From: Mobula birostris
Lineage: Eukaryota
Direction of reading: 5' to 3'
Assembly: GCF_030028105.1 (NCBI RefSeq)
Contig: NC_092393.1
Location: 29,985,248 to 30,049,247 of the forward strand
Length of the DNA stretch: 64,000 nucleotides
The position numbers and the translations under genes are program-made. Each line of letters opens with the position of its first letter. Position 1 is the stretch's first letter. This document shows positions 59,301 to 64,000 of this stretch, piece by piece. The notes under the pieces are model-generated. The model worked only from the letters and a program-made list of their open reading frames with translations. It was not told where the DNA came from and searched no databases.

Positions 59301-61306
59301 TGGGTTGTAGGTGTTTATCAAGATACAGCGAAAATCGTTTATCGTGAGCTGTCCAGGGCAGATCAAGCTATCTACAAGCACTTTGAAGTAGCAGAAAGAA
59401 AACAGTGCAGAATATAGTAATGCAGTTGTAGAGAAAGTGCAACGAAGGGAGACAACACAACGTGCAAGGCCAGAATGAAGTAGATTTGGCATTCCAAAGT
59501 GAGCCAGTTCAAAAGAGAGGTCCTTTAAGAAGTCTGATAATAGTGAGACAGAAGCTGCCCTTGAATCTGGTGGTATGAGCTTTTAAACTTTTGCATCTTC
59601 TGCCAGAGGGTTGGGGGGGGGGAGGGGAGTGTAGAAGAAGAGATAATGACAAGGGCGGGGGGAGTCCTTGATGATGATAATTGTTTTTTCTGAGGTAGTA
59701 GGTGGTGTAGCTGGAGTCAATGATAGGATGTCTGGTTTGCATAGTTATCAAGATAATACATAATGCAAGTACTCTAAGTCAGTTGACTCGTCTATACTTG
59801 GTATTGTGGAAGCAGAGGAGTACCAATTGCAATGGATGAGCTTGGAATAGGTGCAAGTTGATCTCTGCCTCACCCGGAAGGGCTGTTTACATTCCTGGAT
59901 GGTGGTGAGGGAGGAGGTGTAGAGACAAATGTTGCCCCTTCCACGTTTGCTGTGGTCAGTGCCGGGGATGGGGAGGGAATAAGGGATCAGGAGTCCCTTA
60001 GAGAGTAATCTCTGCAGAAAGCAAGAAATAAAGGCTTTTTGAAAGACTGGAATAAACTTGTAGAATGGGCATGCTGTCAGCAATGTGTATGATTATGGCT
60101 CAGGTGGCTTAATTTGATAAGAATTACGAGCATGCTAACCTTCAACACCGAGCCTTAACTGTCGCAGAGGAGCCAGTTATGTAACCAGTGCAATTGCTAG
60201 TGAATTCTGTTTGTCCCATTTCCAGTACATGTGTTTAAAGGAGAATGAGATAATTGTTTTGGATCCAATGCAGCACAAAAAATACCCACAATAAAATGAA
60301 TGAATAAATAAATAAATATACTGTCCACCAAGATAGATTAATTGTATCTCCATAAAGTGATGCTATGCACAGGAGTGTCTGTAGATAAGGTGACTCTTGA
60401 CAGGAAATGATGAAGTTGTGGTGGTGGGGTGGGTTAATGGGTGGAGGTGTTGATCAGTCTTACTGCTTGGGGAAAGTAACTGTTTTTCAGTCTGATGGTC
60501 CTGGTAGTGGACACTACATTGCCTCCTCCCTGATGGGAGTGGGACAAACAGTCCATGAGCAGGGCAGGTAGGATCCTTATCAAAGTCACCATATACTACT
60601 CTGAAATTCATTTTCTTGCAGGTGTTCACAGTAGAACAAAGAAATACAGTAAAATCAATAGTTCAATGCTCAAAGCTCTTTCCTGAATCTGATTCTTCTT
60701 CAGTATTCCTTCTGAGCAAAATTTTGATGTCTAGCCTTGTAAGTTCTCACATGCTCAGTGCTTGGTACTATTCCCTGAAGAATCATGGATATTCAATTAT
60801 CTTAAAAGTTTTAATGTGGGGTTGCTTGGTCAAAATACATTGTCTTGCTCCAGAAGCAATGTAATGTTTCCAAATAATGAGCATAAAATTGATATTAGGA
60901 TGTCAATTTACTTGTTTTGTAAATGCGGTAGTTGTATTCCTATTTCAGAAACTAGTGACAAGTGGAAAAACAATTTAGTATTTTGAATTGCTAATAAAAT
61001 TCATTATGTATTTGATAATTGTATAGAAACTGTTAACTCCCAAGTTATCCTACAAATTAATGATATGTTCAATTTTTTCCTTTATTTACAGTATCAAAAA
61101 GAACAAGTCCAAGCAAGCAACCTGGTGGAAGTGGTTGGCAGTTCTGATATTAGTTACTCTTTCTGTGTTTTGTATGGTTGTACTTTGGGATTATCTGGAC
61201 GAGAATGATTCTAAAGAAGTGTTTGCTCGACAGACTGATATCTTAGAAGGAAAGTTTTTTGAAGTACCATGTTCCAAAGATTATGAAAATTACCAACAGT
61301 TTGCAG
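53264..61306 (+). CDS. OGFOD3: 2-oxoglutarate and iron-dependent oxygenase domain-containing 3, 5' part; join(53264..53346,61092..61306); continues beyond right edge
   Basis: Exon 2 encodes a transmembrane segment and [31 protein letters not shown], matching human EVLARRGEVVAGRFIEVPCSEDY; head-to-head with HEXD as in mammals. Confidence 0.9.
54084..55462. mobile_element. Tc1-family fold-back derivative (two inverted right ends)
   Basis: TA TSDs; TIR CAGT(G/A)GCATGCAAAAGTTT; QQDNDPKH and WPSQSPD present on both strands; WTDE and KHGGGSIM in the spacer. Confidence 0.9.
57535..57960 (-). pseudogene. Tigger/pogo transposase N-terminal CENP-B-type HTH domains
   Basis: [19 protein letters not shown]...NESSICTIK; [18 protein letters not shown]...KASKGWL...NLKITGE. 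Confidence 0.85.
58400..59300 (-). mobile_element. CR1 LINE RT fragment
   Basis: [13 protein letters not shown]...SGVQQGSV...KFVDDTK (ORF 58631..58975). Confidence 0.88.
59780..60080 (-). mobile_element. Degenerate Penelope fragment
   Basis: [19 protein letters not shown] remnant. Confidence 0.55.
61092..61306 (+). CDS. OGFOD3: OGFOD3 coding exon 2
   Basis: Acceptor TTTACAG|T, donor G|GTCAGT, EVPCSxDY motif. Confidence 0.92.
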
Positions 61307-61699
61307 GTCAGTATTTGATTCTTTCTATAAATTAAAAAGCTGTTTCTCTTGATTCAATTTATCTGCAGAATCAATATGTATAATCTGTAACTGATGGCCA
61401 GTTTACTGAATATTTATCAACCTGGTCAATTTGCAACATAGGACTGTCTTTGTTCCAACAGCATCATGGACAGAACGAGGCAATCTTACAACCAACGTAT
61501 TAGATCGGCTTCATGATCCTGCCACATGTAATCATGAATAGTGGTGGGCAATTTAGCAGTGAAGACAAAGAGACTCCCAATAGTGACCAGCCTTTTTATG
61601 TGCATGGTAAAGTTAAGGCTGAAGCTAGACGATACTGTGGATATAATACTGATGACCTGTGTTCCATCACCAGCTGTGATTCTAACTAAGCATTACTGT

Positions 61700-62400
61700 T
61701 GAGTATAACACTGTCATACACCTGGCAGTGTGGGAAATTTACCCAAAAATTGCCATGCTTTTTGTGAACCGCTGGTCAAATCTAATGTATTAGCCTCAGC
61801 CATACTACAGTGATGGAAGCTGTTGTCAACCATAGTTTTGAGGGGCATTTACTCACCAATAAATTGCTCCCCAGTGCCTAGTTCCAGTTTTGCCTGGAGC
61901 ACTCTGCTCCATAGGTCATCATTGTTTTATTGCAAAGAGTAAAGCGATGGAATGAGTCACCTACTACGCCATCAAATGCCCCTTACTCACCAATACTCTG
62001 CTCACTGCTCAGTTTGAACTTTACCAGGATATATTGGCTATATACATCCTCCACAGCCTTGGTCCAAACATGGACTACAAAACTGAATTCCAGAGGTGAA
62101 GTGATAGAGACTGCCCTTGTCACTAAGAGCAAGATTTGACCAATTGTGGCATCAAAAAATTCTGGTCAAAGTGAAGATAGAGAGCGTCAAGGCTCAATCA
62201 TTCAAGCGGTTGGTCATTCCTCACACAGAGGAGTGTTGGAGGTCAGTCACCTCAACCCCAAGACATCACTTGCTGCAGTTCCTTGGGGCAATACCCTAGA
62301 CCCAGACATCTTCAGTGGCTTCACCAGTGATTTCCAACCCCCCACCCCTCCATCAAGAGATTAGAAGGGGAATGTTTGCCAATAATTTTGATTTCCCTAG
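61700..62400 (+). mobile_element. Ancient non-LTR RT remnant
   Basis: TALVQTW...NSRGEV..TAL, FDQLWHQ, AAVPWG remnants of RT domains. Confidence 0.5.
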
Positions 62401-62669
62401 ACATTAACATGTGCAGCTATGAGTTTTTTGTTTGAAGTGTTGGTGTTGAAACACTCCTGGTGTACTGTATTACCTCCAAGTATAAACATGACACCTTTCT
62501 ACTCTGAAATCCAAATCACAGCCATCTTGATTCTTTCTGTACTTCAAACAGCGTCCTCTTGAGAGCTTCTGTGTAGGATATGTTGAAGAACAGAAATGGT
62601 GGCAGTACGAATGGGGTGAGGTGGGATGGTATGATAATTGAGCTACAGTGTTTGTATCATCTGTGATCT

Positions 62670-63610
62670 CTGTTGTCTAGCAATTTTAATTCCACTTCCC
62701 ATTCCCACACTGACTTGTCTGTTTATGACTTCATCCACTGTGAAATTGAGATTAGATGCAAAGTAGAGGAACAGTACCTGATATTACACCTTGGTAGTCT
62801 CCAACCTGACAGCATGAACGTTGATTTCTCCACTAGTAATCACACCCCTCTGTCCTTCTGTCTATCCAATTTTTTTACCCACTGGTCCCCAACACCCTAT
62901 CATTTTCCTCCCCCAGATCACTCCATGTGCCCATCACCCACACATATGGGGCAGCACAGTAGCGTGGTCATTAGCGCAAAGCTTAACGGTACCGTCGACC
63001 TGGGTCAATTTTCACCGCAGTCTGTAAGGAGTTTGTGTGTTCTTTCTGTGACCGCATGGGTTTTCTGCGGGTGCTGCGGTTTCCTCCCACAGTCTAAAGA
63101 CATACTGGTTGGTAGGTTAATTAGTTATTGTGGATTCTCCCATGATTAAGCTAGGGTTAAATTGGGGGTTGCTAAGTGGGACAGCTCAAAGGGCTGGAAG
63201 GGCCTATTCTGTGCAATACCTCAATATATCCCCCCCCCCCCACTGGTTTCCCTCCCCATCTCTTTCCCTTTATTCCATGGTCCACGGTTTTATTAGATTC
63301 CATCCTCTTTGGCCCTTTGTTACTTCCACTTATCGCTTCCCAGCATTTAACATCATGCCCCCTGTCTTCCTTCTCTCTCCTCCCTATCAACCCCCTCACT
63401 GGGATCCACCAATCACCCGCCAGTTCTTGCTCCACCTCCTTCACCCACCTTTTTGTTCTGGCTTTCTCCTTTTTTCCTTTCCCGTCCCGATGAAGGGCCT
63501 CAACCCAGAGCCTTGGCTGCTCATTTCTCCCATAGATGCTGTCTGGCCCGCTGAGTTCTTCCAGCTCCTTTGTGTGTTGCTCCAGATTTCCAGAATCAGC
63601 AGTCTTTCCA
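62670..63610 (+). mobile_element. Penelope 3' fragment interrupted by a tRNA-SINE (~62947-63225)
   Basis: FNSTSHSHTDLSV...EEQYLILHLGSLQPD; SINE head GGGGCAGCACAGTAGCGTGG. Confidence 0.75.
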
Positions 63611-64000
63611 GAATCAGTAGATGTGTTGGGATGTACTAAAATGAGGCATGTTTATTAAATCAAAATTTTCTTTGACAGCTAGATACTCAAAAACGAAGTG
63701 TTTGCCTTTGAGTTAGAATTGTGGGTTTAAATCCCAAGGTGAGAGGATGCCTACATTGAGAGATCTGTATTTACCTGATTCCAAGCTCTTGATCATTCCT
63801 GAATTTCTCCGCTGGTGTCGACTATACAGTCAGCCGCCAGCGTCTCAAGGTGGGTGTGCAATGCACTTGGGTGTAAGAATGGAGGATTATAGGAGGTCCA
63901 TGATAGTTAAGCATCATTGAAGTAATGTCGTTAGAAAGTCCATGACAGCATTTTCAAAATCACTGCAGTCTCGTCCTGCTGAAGGGTTTCGACCCGAAAC

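Overview
Eukaryotic, intron-rich vertebrate genomic DNA. The repeat complement (Penelope-like elements, CR1, Rex1/Babar, RTE, tRNA-derived SINEs, Tc1 MITEs) suggests a cartilaginous fish, probably a ray; that assignment is inference. The window holds the conserved NARF-CYBC1-HEXD-OGFOD3 block. NARF (minus strand) contributes its first 3 coding exons and runs off the left edge. CYBC1/EROS (plus, 6 coding exons, 190 aa) and HEXD (minus, 12 coding exons, 491 aa) are complete. OGFOD3 (plus) contributes its first 2 coding exons and runs off the right edge. All exons were reconstructed by hand with GT-AG sites and consistent intron phases. NARF/CYBC1 and HEXD/OGFOD3 are each head-to-head around CpG-rich promoters. 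Most of the remaining sequence is decayed transposons. I see no convincing new host gene system. The most unusual signals are: (1) an hAT transposon whose transposase carries an in-frame Tigger/pogo CENP-B DNA-binding module; (2) a fold-back Tc1 derivative made of two right ends, nested in that hAT; (3) repeated Penelope ends carrying minimal hammerhead-ribozyme motifs, often arranged as hairpin insertions with target-site duplications (TSDs); (4) a ~320-bp locally templated inverted insertion scar; (5) a 48-bp tandem repeat with kappaB-like sites in the HEXD/OGFOD3 promoter. No database searches were run; family names come from recognised motifs.
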